From a virus (taxonomy: Duplodnaviria > Heunggongvirae > Uroviricota > Caudoviricetes), in IMG/VR virus record IMGVR_UViG_3300025389_000018: DNA of 35,450 nt; one strand, written 5' to 3'. A program made the position numbers and the translations under genes. Under the pieces are notes generated by a model, which ran no database searches, was not told where the DNA came from, and was given only the letters and a program-made list of their open reading frames with translations. This document shows, piece after piece, positions 17,960 through 27,062 of the stretch. The stretch's first letter is position 1. Each line of letters opens with the position of its first letter.

Positions 17960-19565
17960 AGGGACATTACTGCCTTACCAACCAGAGGCTGTAGACAAGA
18001 TGGTTGCTCGTAAAAAAATGCTAGTTGCATATGAAATGGGTCTTGGAAAAACTGTTCTCACTATTGCAGCTATTGAAAAGCTACGTGAAGAAGGGGTTAT
18101 TACTCGCCCAGTTTTGATTGTTGCATTATCTAGTTTGAAGTACCAATGGAAAAAAGAAATAGAAAAATTCTCTGACGCAACTGTCTCTGTCATTGACGGG
18201 ACTAAGACAGTAAGAGCAGACCAATGGGATTCAGAAGCTGATTACATTGTTTGCAATTATGAGACAGTCGTTAATGACTGGTCCCTTGTTACTAGTCGAT
18301 TGTTTGATGCAATCGTATGTGATGAAGCTACTGCAATAAAGAGCTTTAAATCAAAAAGGTCTAAGTTTATAAAACAACTTTCTAAAACCATACCTGTTAG
18401 GTTTGCATTAACTGGTACTCCTATTGAGAATGGAAGACCAGAAGAAGTATTTAGCATTATGCAATTTGTTGACGACAAAGTTCTTGGAAGATTCGATTTA
18501 TTTGACCAAGCTTTTATTGTTAGAAATCACTTCGGTGGAGTGCAGCGTTACCGAAATTTACCTTTGTTTCATGAAAGAATAAAAAGTGCTTCCGTAAGAA
18601 AGACTCAAAGAGACCCCGACGTTGCTCCTTACCTTCCTAAGACCATTCATTATGACCCTATAAGTGTAAAGCTAGATAAAAAGTCCGCAGAACTTTACGA
18701 GAGAATTTCAACCGACCTATTTAAAGAATTAACAGAAGCGCAAACTCTTTTGGGTTCTTCTTTTTCTTTAGAAGCGCATTATGGACAAGCACACCAAGTA
18801 GGCTCACCTGCGGATGAGCTTAGGGGAAAGATTATGTCCAAGATAACTGCTCTGCGTATGCTTTCGGATAGTCCGCAGCTTCTTTTGGACAGCGTGGCTA
18901 AATTCCATGATGGATGGCAAGTAGTGGACGGAGACACCTCCGTCAATATTGCGGGCTCAAGAGGTGGTAGTGCTTACCTAGCCGAGCTAGCTGATGCTGG
19001 AGTCCTAGACAATATCAGCACAACTTCCCCCAAATTAGCCGCTGTTATCGAATATGTGTTAGAACACATAGAGATTGATGAGAACGCCAAAGTAGTTATA
19101 TTTACATGCTACCTAGGTATGCTCCCCTTAATTCAAGAGATTTTGACCCAAAAGAACATTCAAAGCCGCACTTACTCAGGCGAAATGAATGCCAACCAAA
19201 AAGAAATTGCCAAAACTGAGTTTCAAACTTCTAAAGAAGTTAGGGTTCTTATTTCTACTGATGCAGGAGGCTACGGGGTTGATTTGCCTCAAGCTAACCT
19301 TTTAGTTAACTACGACCTTCCTTGGTCAGCAGGCACTGCAGTTCAAAGAAACTCAAGAATACGACGCGCCAGCAGTAAGTGGCCCAGCGTTATGATTCAA
19401 GACTTTTTAGTGCTAAACTCCATCGAAGAAAGACAGTACGAAATGTTGAACCAAAAGAACGCTGTAGCAGACGCCGTAATAGACGGTGAAGGCATCAATG
19501 TTCAAGGCGGTGTAGACTTAACAGTAGGAAGTCTTTTAGCTTTCATACAAGAAAACCAAGCATAG
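17952..19565 (+). CDS. SNF2-family helicase/translocase
   Basis: LLPYQ, EMGLGKT, DEAT, LTGTPIEN, STDAGGYGVDL, QRNSRIRR. Confidence 0.92.
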   Translation: MFKGTLLPYQPEAVDKMVARKKMLVAYEMGLGKTVLTIAAIEKLREEGVITRPVLIVALSSLKYQWKKEIEKFSDATVSVIDGTKTVRADQWDSEADYIVCNYETVVNDWSLVTSRLFDAIVCDEATAIKSFKSKRSKFIKQLSKTIPVRFALTGTPIENGRPEEVFSIMQFVDDKVLGRFDLFDQAFIVRNHFGGVQRYRNLPLFHERIKSASVRKTQRDPDVAPYLPKTIHYDPISVKLDKKSAELYERISTDLFKELTEAQTLLGSSFSLEAHYGQAHQVGSPADELRGKIMSKITALRMLSDSPQLLLDSVAKFHDGWQVVDGDTSVNIAGSRGGSAYLAELADAGVLDNISTTSPKLAAVIEYVLEHIEIDENAKVVIFTCYLGMLPLIQEILTQKNIQSRTYSGEMNANQKEIAKTEFQTSKEVRVLISTDAGGYGVDLPQANLLVNYDLPWSAGTAVQRNSRIRRASSKWPSVMIQDFLVLNSIEERQYEMLNQKNAVADAVIDGEGINVQGGVDLTVGSLLAFIQENQA

Positions 19566-19575
19566 GGGGCAAAAA

Positions 19576-20016
19576 ATGGCACGAGTAAAAACAGCAGAAC
19601 CAAGAGTGGCAAAACAAGACGACTTATTGAGTCGTACAAAACAGTACTCTTTTGTAAAAGGTCAAATAGATTACTTAGAAAAAGAACAGAAAGAACTTCG
19701 TGGGCAATTATTCGAAGATATTGACAATGCAGGAGAACCTGATTCTAAAGGAAACATTGTCCTCGAACTACCACAAGAAGTAGACGGGTATGTTGCTGTA
19801 GTCAAGCAACGTCGCGTAACTCGTAAAATTAACGAAGAAAAAGCAGCAGAGATTATTGCTGAGCATAATCTTGAGGAGTCTTTGTACAAGACGATTCGAG
19901 TAATTGATGAAGACGCGCTTATGGCTGCTTTGTACAACGATACTCTAACAGAGGATGAGATTGAAGCAATGTACCCCCAGACAGTTACGTGGGCTCTCAT
20001 TCTTAGTAAGAAGTAA
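19576..20016 (+). CDS. Hypothetical protein (N-terminal coiled coil)
   Basis: 146 aa, AGGGGG RBS. Confidence 0.7.
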   Translation: MARVKTAEPRVAKQDDLLSRTKQYSFVKGQIDYLEKEQKELRGQLFEDIDNAGEPDSKGNIVLELPQEVDGYVAVVKQRRVTRKINEEKAAEIIAEHNLEESLYKTIRVIDEDALMAALYNDTLTEDEIEAMYPQTVTWALILSKK

Positions 20017-20019
20017 TTC

Positions 20020-20505
20020 ATGGCAGGTCTTCGCAGCGATGATGAAATTGAAAAAGCATTTGCTGATTTAGAGTACATACCTGGTTCTAAGAAGAAACGC
20101 CGTGAACCAAACCCGAAGGTTTCCCGTCGTAAGGCGGGAGAAACAAATGGTTGGGATGAAAACCCAATCATAAAAACATTAGGCGGAAAGGAAACCGAAG
20201 TCTTTACTATCAATGCTCTTGCAAAAGCGTTGGAGAAAGCAGTGGTTACTGTTCGTCTATGGGAAAGAAAAGGCTATATCCCCCGTGCTCCTTACAGGCT
20301 AAGAGCAAAGACTCTTAACAATAGTAAGACCAACGGGAACAGGGTATACACTCGCGCACTAATCGAAGCAGCTGTTGAGGAGTTTTCCAAACGTGGCTTA
20401 ATCGGTTCAGAGCGTGTAGAGTGGAACGACCATGAAGACCTGACAGAAGCATTGTTAATGCGCTGGAAGGACATCACATCCAAAGAGAGCCATAGTGCCT
20501 CATGA
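20020..20505 (+). CDS. MerR-like HTH DNA-binding protein
   Basis: FTINALAKALEKAVVTVRLWERKGYIP...RVYT. Confidence 0.75.
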   Translation: MAGLRSDDEIEKAFADLEYIPGSKKKRREPNPKVSRRKAGETNGWDENPIIKTLGGKETEVFTINALAKALEKAVVTVRLWERKGYIPRAPYRLRAKTLNNSKTNGNRVYTRALIEAAVEEFSKRGLIGSERVEWNDHEDLTEALLMRWKDITSKESHSAS

Positions 20506-20520
20506 CCGAAAGAAAAAAAA

Positions 20521-21174
20521 ATGACTATAACAAAACCTACTATGCAAGCCGCAGACTACGTAGACGATGCACCACTCGAAGAAACAACTACCACTTCCAA
20601 CTCACATGTCAGTGAAGGTTGGGATGCTGTTGAAGCTCTTCTAAGCCAAGACTCGAAAGAGTTTCCGACTGATTTCAAGTTCTCAGAAGAACCTCAACTT
20701 GTGAAATTTTTGCAAGACCGTCCATTCGCAACCTATGAATCACATTGGATTGAACGTCCAAAGGGTAAGAAGTCATTTGTTTGCATGGGTGATGGTTGCC
20801 CACTATGCGAAATCTTGGGCGATAAGCCACGAGGAAAGTTCGCCTTCAATGTTCTTGTCCTATCAGGAGAGGAAAAGACTGTACAAGTCTTGACTGCACC
20901 TCCATCACTTGCTCGCCAAATCAAGAAGGCCCATGACGATGAGCGTAAGGGACCTATTGACCGTGAGTTCTGGGAAATTTCTCGCCTAGGTACAGGACCT
21001 ACAACACAGTACACCCTCGACTTTGTTCGTGGTCGTGACCTGGATGAGGAATGGAAGTTATCCCCCGACGCTGTTAAAGAGCTTGTAGCGAATGCCGTGT
21101 TATTCACGGCTGACGAGGTAGTTCGTGAGACCCCCCGCTCCGAACTTCTCGATATCGCTCGCTCAATGGCGTAA
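20521..21174 (+). CDS. Single-stranded DNA-binding protein-like (gp32-type)
   Basis: YESHWI, FVCMGDGCPLC, FAFNVLV, EISRLGTGPTTQY; acidic N-terminus. Confidence 0.6.
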   Translation: MTITKPTMQAADYVDDAPLEETTTTSNSHVSEGWDAVEALLSQDSKEFPTDFKFSEEPQLVKFLQDRPFATYESHWIERPKGKKSFVCMGDGCPLCEILGDKPRGKFAFNVLVLSGEEKTVQVLTAPPSLARQIKKAHDDERKGPIDREFWEISRLGTGPTTQYTLDFVRGRDLDEEWKLSPDAVKELVANAVLFTADEVVRETPRSELLDIARSMA

Positions 21175-21186
21175 CTTCCACAAATC

Positions 21187-21223
21187 GTAGGAGAGCCCTC
21201 CCGTGGACATGGGGCTCTCCTAC
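21187..21223 (+). terminator. Stem-loop terminator
   Basis: GTAGGAGAGCCCT (21187-99) pairs with GGGGCTCTCCTAC (21211-23): 12 Watson-Crick pairs plus one G-U, 11 nt loop; no U-tract. Confidence 0.7.
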
Positions 21224-21237
21224 ATTAGGGTTTAGAT

Positions 21238-21266
21238 TAGACAGAGGAAAGCAATTGCTTTAAACT
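21238..21266 (+). promoter_or_regulatory. Sigma70-type promoter TAGACA-17-TAAACT with a 14 bp palindrome in the spacer
   Basis: -35 at 21238-43; AAAGCAATTGCTTT at 21248-61; -10 at 21261-66; ATG 6 nt later. Confidence 0.65.
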
Positions 21267-21272
21267 CTATGT

Positions 21273-21713
21273 ATGAATAAAATGACAGATGAACAAGTTG
21301 CATGGATAGCAGGAGTCTTTGAGGGGGAAGGCACTTTCACATATAGGACTTACAAGGGCACTGGTAGAAATCAGATTACTATGCGAGTAGTTATGACGGA
21401 CTTAGATGTAATCGAACGACTACATATGTACACAGGAATAGGACATATTTACGGCCCTTACGTTTCGAAAGACTTAAAAAAAGATGGAACTACCCGTAAA
21501 CCTTCCTACCATTGGGCAGTTACTACACAGACAGATACCCTCTTGTTAGGAGAAATGCTGTTTCCATGGTTAGGTGAACGTCGCAAGGAGAAGTTCTTAG
21601 AAATAAAGGCGTATTACGAAGAGGGAAAACGTTTTGCTACTAAAGCAAACGGTAATTGGAAGGGACCAAAAACTAATAATGAATATAATAACGACCAAGG
21701 AACAATTGGATGA
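21273..21713 (+). mobile_element. Free-standing single-motif LAGLIDADG homing endonuclease
   Basis: AWIAGVFEGEGTF motif, MTDLDVIERL, ..Y.W....LFPWL..RRK; 3' end overlaps polA start. Confidence 0.8.
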
Positions 21714-23676
21714 ATTAGTCGCGTATTACTTAACAGTACCTGCGTTCGCTTACGACACCGAGACAGTTGGAGATAACAGGCTCCAACCAGTAGTGAACGA
21801 TGTGCTGTGGATTTCTCTCGCTACAGAGGGTCGCACAGACGTCATTCCAATGGGACATCCAAACGGAGAGTTCCTTCATTGGGATAAAGAAATACTACTC
21901 AGTGGTCAAAGAAAACTTGAAGCAGGAAAAGAATTAAAGGAAACTGATTACTCAAAGAACCAGAGTAAGTGGAAGCCTGTATTCGATTCACCCCCACCAC
22001 AGTTACTCCCAGGAGATGTGTTTAAGGCTTTAAAGCCTTTATTTTTTAGTGATAAGTTGAAGATTGGTCATAACGTTAAATTTGACCTGAAATCCATTGC
22101 AAAGTACTACCGAGGTGTTGTTCCTACTAAACCTTTCTTTGACACCATGATGGCAGCCTTCATCATTGATAACCGAAATAAGCACAGCCTAAAATTGAAA
22201 GATTGCGCTGAAAAATATTTGAAGATTAAAGTGGATAAAGGAATTGGGGCAATGGTAGAAGCCCACTCTTTTTCTGATGTTGCTCATTACTCTGGATTTG
22301 ACTCAGAAGTAACATGGAAGTTATACACGGTGTTAGCGCCAAAATTGACTACAAATTTAGCCCGTGTATGGGCATTAGAAATGGATTTAATCGCAGCTCT
22401 ATGCGACATGGAGTTAGCAGGCGCACCAATTGATGTAGAAGAGTTAAAGAAACTACAAAAGCGCCTGGACATTGATATTGATGCTACGAAAGCAAAGGCA
22501 TGGAAACTTGCTGGAAAACCCTTCTCGATGAATTCTGTTAAAGAAAAACAGGAGTTATTGTTCTTGCCTAAAGAACAAGGTGGACGTGGTATCAAACCTG
22601 ATTTAAGAATCAAAGTTGCCCTTACAGACAAAGGTAAGGACATCGCTGCTGCAGGACAGCCTCTTACTATTCACAACTACTCTGTATCTTCAGACGCTCT
22701 AGAGTTTTATAGAGAGAAAGATGAGTTAGTAGAGGCTCTTATTGAGTACCAAGACTTAAACAAACTCTCCACAACGTATGTAGTCCCATACTTGGGAGGA
22801 GAAGTAACTCGAACTACCTCTGGAAAATCGCGCATTGTAGATAAAAAGAGCCTACTTATTGATGGAAAAGTTCACACCAACTTTAAATCCCACGGAGCAG
22901 ATACAGGGCGTTTTTCCAGTAGTGACCCAAATCTACAGAACATCCCTAGTAGTGGACAGTATGGAAAGATGATACGAAACCTGTTTTACGCTCCTGAAGG
23001 ATATAAATTAGTTGTAGCCGATTACTCACAAATTGAACCAAGAGTTATTGCATCCTTTTCTAACGACCCTATTTTGGTAAACAATTACCAAACAGGTGGG
23101 GATGTGTACACAACTATCGGTAATACAGTTGGGTTAGACCGCAAAGCTGGAAAGGTCCTCGTACTAGCAATGTCTTACGGTGTTGGCCCAGACAAGATTG
23201 CTTCTTCCCTGGGGTTAAAGCTCCCAGAAGCCAAGAAACTCCTCAATGACTTTATGGAACAGTTCGAAGATATCGAGAAGTACAAAGCAAAAGTCATACG
23301 ACTGGCTAGAAATTTAGATGTTCCGTATGTAGAGACTATTTTTGGTCGTAGAAGGTATCTGACAGACTTAAAGAGTCGTGAACAAGGGCTGAGGTCAAGA
23401 GCAGAACGCCAAGCCTTTAACACGGTTATCCAAGGTTCTGCGGCAGATATCATGAAATTAGCCATTGTTCGTGCCCATTCCTGCTTTATTGAGGAGCCAG
23501 ATGTAAACGTCCTTTTGACAGTGCACGATGAATTAGTTACTGTTGCTCGTGAAGACCTAGCAGAAGAAACTGCAGAGGCCATCCGTGAGTCTATGGAAGG
23601 AATTAAGTTGAAAGAGATTACAGTTCCTCTTATTGCAGATGTTAAAATCGTTAATAAGTGGGGAGAAGCCAAATGA
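21679..23676 (+). CDS. polA: Family A DNA polymerase (3'-5' exo + polymerase, no 5' nuclease)
   Basis: Exo I YDTET, Exo II HNVKFD, TGRFSSSDPNLQNIP, motif A DYSQIE, motif B RKAGKVLVLAMSYG, motif C VHDE; probable start is MNIITT at 21679. Confidence 0.95.
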   Translation: MNIITTKEQLDELVAYYLTVPAFAYDTETVGDNRLQPVVNDVLWISLATEGRTDVIPMGHPNGEFLHWDKEILLSGQRKLEAGKELKETDYSKNQSKWKPVFDSPPPQLLPGDVFKALKPLFFSDKLKIGHNVKFDLKSIAKYYRGVVPTKPFFDTMMAAFIIDNRNKHSLKLKDCAEKYLKIKVDKGIGAMVEAHSFSDVAHYSGFDSEVTWKLYTVLAPKLTTNLARVWALEMDLIAALCDMELAGAPIDVEELKKLQKRLDIDIDATKAKAWKLAGKPFSMNSVKEKQELLFLPKEQGGRGIKPDLRIKVALTDKGKDIAAAGQPLTIHNYSVSSDALEFYREKDELVEALIEYQDLNKLSTTYVVPYLGGEVTRTTSGKSRIVDKKSLLIDGKVHTNFKSHGADTGRFSSSDPNLQNIPSSGQYGKMIRNLFYAPEGYKLVVADYSQIEPRVIASFSNDPILVNNYQTGGDVYTTIGNTVGLDRKAGKVLVLAMSYGVGPDKIASSLGLKLPEAKKLLNDFMEQFEDIEKYKAKVIRLARNLDVPYVETIFGRRRYLTDLKSREQGLRSRAERQAFNTVIQGSAADIMKLAIVRAHSCFIEEPDVNVLLTVHDELVTVAREDLAEETAEAIRESMEGIKLKEITVPLIADVKIVNKWGEAK

Positions 23677-24062
23677 GTAATTGGTGGGCAGACAAACTTG
23701 GTACACAACCTCAAGCCCCGCAACCCTCTCAACAACGTCCTTCAAGTATTCCTATGCCACCTTCGCAGCAACCTATGACACGGTATACCCAACCACAGCA
23801 ACCTCCTACAACCAAAGCAGTGAGTGCAAATCAAACTCAGTTATGCCCTGAGTGCGGAGGAAACAACTATATGTCTCCTAACCCACAGCAGATTGCCTTC
23901 CGTTGCTATGACTGTGGTTACCCCATTGGCCAATCAGGGTCTCGTTACGGTGCGTTAAGCGGTGCGAGGACAGAAGGAAGCTCTAAACCTGCCATAGGTA
24001 ACAGTCAAGGTGCATGGAGTCCTATACCTGCAGGGTATAACCCCGATGGGAGTAAGCAGTGA
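23673..24062 (+). CDS. Hypothetical Pro/Gln-rich protein with zinc ribbon
   Basis: CPECGGNNY...RCYDCG; ATG 23673 overlaps polA TGA. Confidence 0.7.
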   Translation: MSNWWADKLGTQPQAPQPSQQRPSSIPMPPSQQPMTRYTQPQQPPTTKAVSANQTQLCPECGGNNYMSPNPQQIAFRCYDCGYPIGQSGSRYGALSGARTEGSSKPAIGNSQGAWSPIPAGYNPDGSKQ

Positions 24063-25108
24063 TAACCGATGAGGCTAAAAAAGTTGTCGCATTACTTAAT
24101 AAAAAGTTTGGCGATAACGTTGTTGTTTTTGCGTCAGATATTCGTAGTGACCTTATTCCTAGGATTACTAGCGGTTCTACCACTCTTGATTACGTTCTTG
24201 GTGGCGGTTTCCCTGGTAACCAATGGAATGAACTCATTGGAGAACCATCTCACGGAAAAACAGCACTTGCGTTAAAGACAATTGCAGCAAATCAAGAATT
24301 GAACCCAAACCATACAACAGTGTGGGTAGCAGCAGAGCAATGGGTACCTGAATACGCTGAAATGTGCGGAGTAGATACCAGCAGAGTAATTGTTGTAGAA
24401 ACATCCATTATGGAAGAGGCTTATGATGCAGTTATTGCGTTTGCGGAGTCTAAAGCGATTGATGCAATTGTTATTGATTCTTTGCCTGCTTTATCCCCTT
24501 CTCCTGAGATGGAGAAAGATATGGGAGAAGCGACTGTTGGACGAGGAGCCTTACTAACAAATAAATTTTTCCGTGTAGTCGGTACAGCTATGAAACGCAG
24601 TCTTGTTGAAGATGAGCGACCTATCCTTGGCCTAATCATTAACCAGTACCGAATGAAGATTGGTGTCATGCACGGCGACCCAAGGACTACCCCAGGTGGA
24701 GAAGGAAAGAATTACGCATTCTTTACTCGTTGCGAGGTTAAGCGAGATGAATGGATTGAGATTGGTTCTGGTAATAACAAGACCCGTGTAGGGCAAAGAA
24801 TTAAAGTCAGAACATTAAAGAATAAAACTGCGCCCCCACAACGAGTCGCTTACTTTGATTTCTACTTTGCAGAAGGTGGAGACTGTTCTCCAGGTGAGTT
24901 CGACTTCGCCAAGGAAATTGTGTCCCTAGCTGTAGTTAAAGGCGTCATCTCTCGTAAAGGTGGTTGGTACTACTACGGTGACCGTAAATGGCAGGGTATC
25001 GAACCTGTAATCCAAAGTATTAGAGAAGAACTCGACCTCAAGGAAGAAATCCAACGGTTAGTTCTTACTTCCAGCGATATTCCTATGGCTGGTACTGATG
25101 AAGAGTGA
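24059..25108 (+). CDS. recA: RecA recombinase
   Basis: ITSGS..LD.VLGGGFP, GEPSHGKT, IVIDSL, INQYRMKIGVMHGDPRTTPGG. Confidence 0.95.
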   Translation: MITDEAKKVVALLNKKFGDNVVVFASDIRSDLIPRITSGSTTLDYVLGGGFPGNQWNELIGEPSHGKTALALKTIAANQELNPNHTTVWVAAEQWVPEYAEMCGVDTSRVIVVETSIMEEAYDAVIAFAESKAIDAIVIDSLPALSPSPEMEKDMGEATVGRGALLTNKFFRVVGTAMKRSLVEDERPILGLIINQYRMKIGVMHGDPRTTPGGEGKNYAFFTRCEVKRDEWIEIGSGNNKTRVGQRIKVRTLKNKTAPPQRVAYFDFYFAEGGDCSPGEFDFAKEIVSLAVVKGVISRKGGWYYYGDRKWQGIEPVIQSIREELDLKEEIQRLVLTSSDIPMAGTDEE

Positions 25109-25415
25109 AGGTCAAAAGCAATCCCTCAAGCATGAGAAGCGATTAGCCAAAGCAATTGGCGGAAGTCGCAACGCTGCTTCTGGAGCTTTTTGGTCTCGCA
25201 AAGGAGATGTTCGTTCAGAAGACCTGCTGATTGAACATAAATGGACTGGAAAGAAATCTTTTTCTCTAAAGTCCGATGTCCTTAAAAAGATTGTAAGAGA
25301 GGCCATCCTTGATGGGAGAACTCCTGTGCTGGGAGTCCATCTAGACGGGGAGAATTACGTGATTCTTCTTGAAGACGACTACCTAGAAATGAGGGACCGA
25401 CTTAAGGATGACTAA
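25098..25415 (+). CDS. PD-(D/E)XK Holliday junction resolvase-like nuclease
   Basis: HEKRLAK...KGDVRSEDLLIEHK motif. Confidence 0.75.
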   Translation: MKSEGQKQSLKHEKRLAKAIGGSRNAASGAFWSRKGDVRSEDLLIEHKWTGKKSFSLKSDVLKKIVREAILDGRTPVLGVHLDGENYVILLEDDYLEMRDRLKDD

Positions 25416-25418
25416 TAC

Positions 25419-25736
25419 ATGGAAGAATCTACCTACTCTTGGCGTTACGATGCACGCTGCAGAGGAGAAGACACTGACCTCTTTTATCCTCCTAGGGATA
25501 AAGAACAGTACAAAGTTGTTGCGACAAAAGCTAAGTCTTTTTGTTTTGGAGATGGAAAGAAAAATCCATGTCCAGTTCAAAAAGAGTGCTTATGGGATGC
25601 AGTAAGACGTGATGAACCCCATGGAATCTGGGGCGGATTGTCTCATCGAGAGAGAAACGCACTAATTCGTAAATGGAAGAAATCATTTAAAAAAACCATG
25701 ACTCTCAAGGAATACATCTTCAGTAAGGACTACTAA
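25419..25736 (+). CDS. whiB: WhiB-family Fe-S transcription factor
   Basis: C..EDTDLFYP, AKSFC, CPVQKEC, GIWGGLS..ER, basic C-terminus. Confidence 0.92.
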   Translation: MEESTYSWRYDARCRGEDTDLFYPPRDKEQYKVVATKAKSFCFGDGKKNPCPVQKECLWDAVRRDEPHGIWGGLSHRERNALIRKWKKSFKKTMTLKEYIFSKDY

Positions 25737-25737
25737 A

Positions 25738-26577
25738 TTGGAAAAAGAATTGAAGAAGTTTTTAGACGCAAAAAAGACTGAGACACGGTTACTGGGAGAC
25801 GTAGAGCGCCACCTAATGAGACAACCATTAGGTGACCGTTCTACTCTAGTTTTGCACCCTTCCGAAATTATTAAACCAGATTTCTGCATGAGGTACTCTT
25901 ATTACCTGCTCACAGGCGGAAAACCTAAGACAGAAAAACCCAGTTTGCGATTACAAAACATCTTCGATGAAGGTCATTACATCCATGCGAAATGGCAGAA
26001 TCGTTTTAAAGATATGGGAGTTCTGTACGGCAAGTTTGAATGTCTTGCCTGTAGAACTATTACTGTAGGAACCTCTCCCTCATGCGTTGCATGTGGACGG
26101 ACAGATGTCATGGAATATAGAGAAGTTACTCTCTATGAAGATTCATTGAGAATTGCAGGGCACACTGATGGATGGATTAAAGGACTAAAAGACGACTGTC
26201 TAATTGAGATAAAGTCCATAGGTGCTGGAACATTTAGGTTTGAAGCCCCAGAACTTCTCAGAGATGCTGAAGGGGATGTCTCCAAAGCATTTAGGAACAT
26301 TCGTCGTCCTTTTCGTTCCCATCTACTCCAAGGTCAAATGTACCTAGAGCTAGCAAAGAGAATGTACGGTAAAGAAGCTCCTAATGAGATTGTGTTTCTG
26401 TATGAGCTGAAAGCAGACCAAGATACAAAAGAATTTACTGTTAAAGCAGATTATGAGATTGTAGATAGAATCTTTTATAAAGCTGAGAAAGTAATTAAAG
26501 CAATTAAAGCAGGAGATATGCCTGAGTGCAATATAGACCCAGAGGGTTGTAAGTACTGTCTTTTGATTGGAGAATGA
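25738..26577 (+). CDS. Cas4-like PD-(D/E)XK exonuclease
   Basis: LHPSE...C.R, EGHYIH, GHTDG, IEIKS, QGQMY, C-terminal C......C..C; internal CxxC...CxxC. Confidence 0.8.
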   Translation: MEKELKKFLDAKKTETRLLGDVERHLMRQPLGDRSTLVLHPSEIIKPDFCMRYSYYLLTGGKPKTEKPSLRLQNIFDEGHYIHAKWQNRFKDMGVLYGKFECLACRTITVGTSPSCVACGRTDVMEYREVTLYEDSLRIAGHTDGWIKGLKDDCLIEIKSIGAGTFRFEAPELLRDAEGDVSKAFRNIRRPFRSHLLQGQMYLELAKRMYGKEAPNEIVFLYELKADQDTKEFTVKADYEIVDRIFYKAEKVIKAIKAGDMPECNIDPEGCKYCLLIGE

Positions 26578-27062
26578 TGCTAAACCTAGGAGAAGCGTCT
26601 GCTGCGGCAGTTAAAGCTTTAGAAAATCAAAACATCCATATGTGGCCTGAACAGAGCCAACAGCCGAAGATGCCTAAAGACATATCGGATTTAGATAGTG
26701 ATGAACTAAGTGAACTATTTTCCAAACTAACTGCTTGGTCAAACTTTGTTGCTGGTCAATTAGCTGCTGCTCAAGTAGATGAGACCTTCATAGATAAGAA
26801 ACTTGAGAGTATAAGAGCGCAGTTACTCCTCACAAAAGGAGCTACTAAAGCTAAAGGAGACACTGTAACCCTTATTAAGGCTCAGGTTAACTCAGACCCA
26901 ATGATTGTCGAATTAGAAGAAAAGTTTATGGCAGCTTACGCCTACAGGAAAATGGTTGAAGTTGTGTCAAATAACTTTGAAAGAGATGTTGCTCTTGTAT
27001 CCCGCGAAATAACTCGTAGAACAAATGACTTTCGTTCTAGAAAAGACCGTTTTACAGTATGA
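26574..27062 (+). CDS. Hypothetical helical protein (possibly UvsY-like recombination mediator)
   Basis: 162 aa coiled-coil, SREITRR near C-terminus, in a recombination cluster; function is inference. Confidence 0.5.
   Translation: MMLNLGEASAAAVKALENQNIHMWPEQSQQPKMPKDISDLDSDELSELFSKLTAWSNFVAGQLAAAQVDETFIDKKLESIRAQLLLTKGATKAKGDTVTLIKAQVNSDPMIVELEEKFMAAYAYRKMVEVVSNNFERDVALVSREITRRTNDFRSRKDRFTV

Noticed and set aside
20506-20520. A-run before the SSB-like start as a slippery site
   Set aside because: It is intergenic (after the TGA at 20505); more likely an A-rich translation enhancer
21634-21678. Longer polA start given by the ORF track
   Set aside because: The extension is out-of-frame LAGLIDADG sequence; MNIITT at 21679 is the more natural start
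21174-21720. Group I intron around the LAGLIDADG ORF
   Set aside because: Both flanking genes appear complete, and only about 100 nt of non-coding sequence is available, explained by a terminator and a promoter
15601-25108. Inteins in DnaB, SNF2, PolA or RecA
   Set aside because: Lengths are normal and no C/S...HN-C/S/T splice junctions interrupt the conserved motifs
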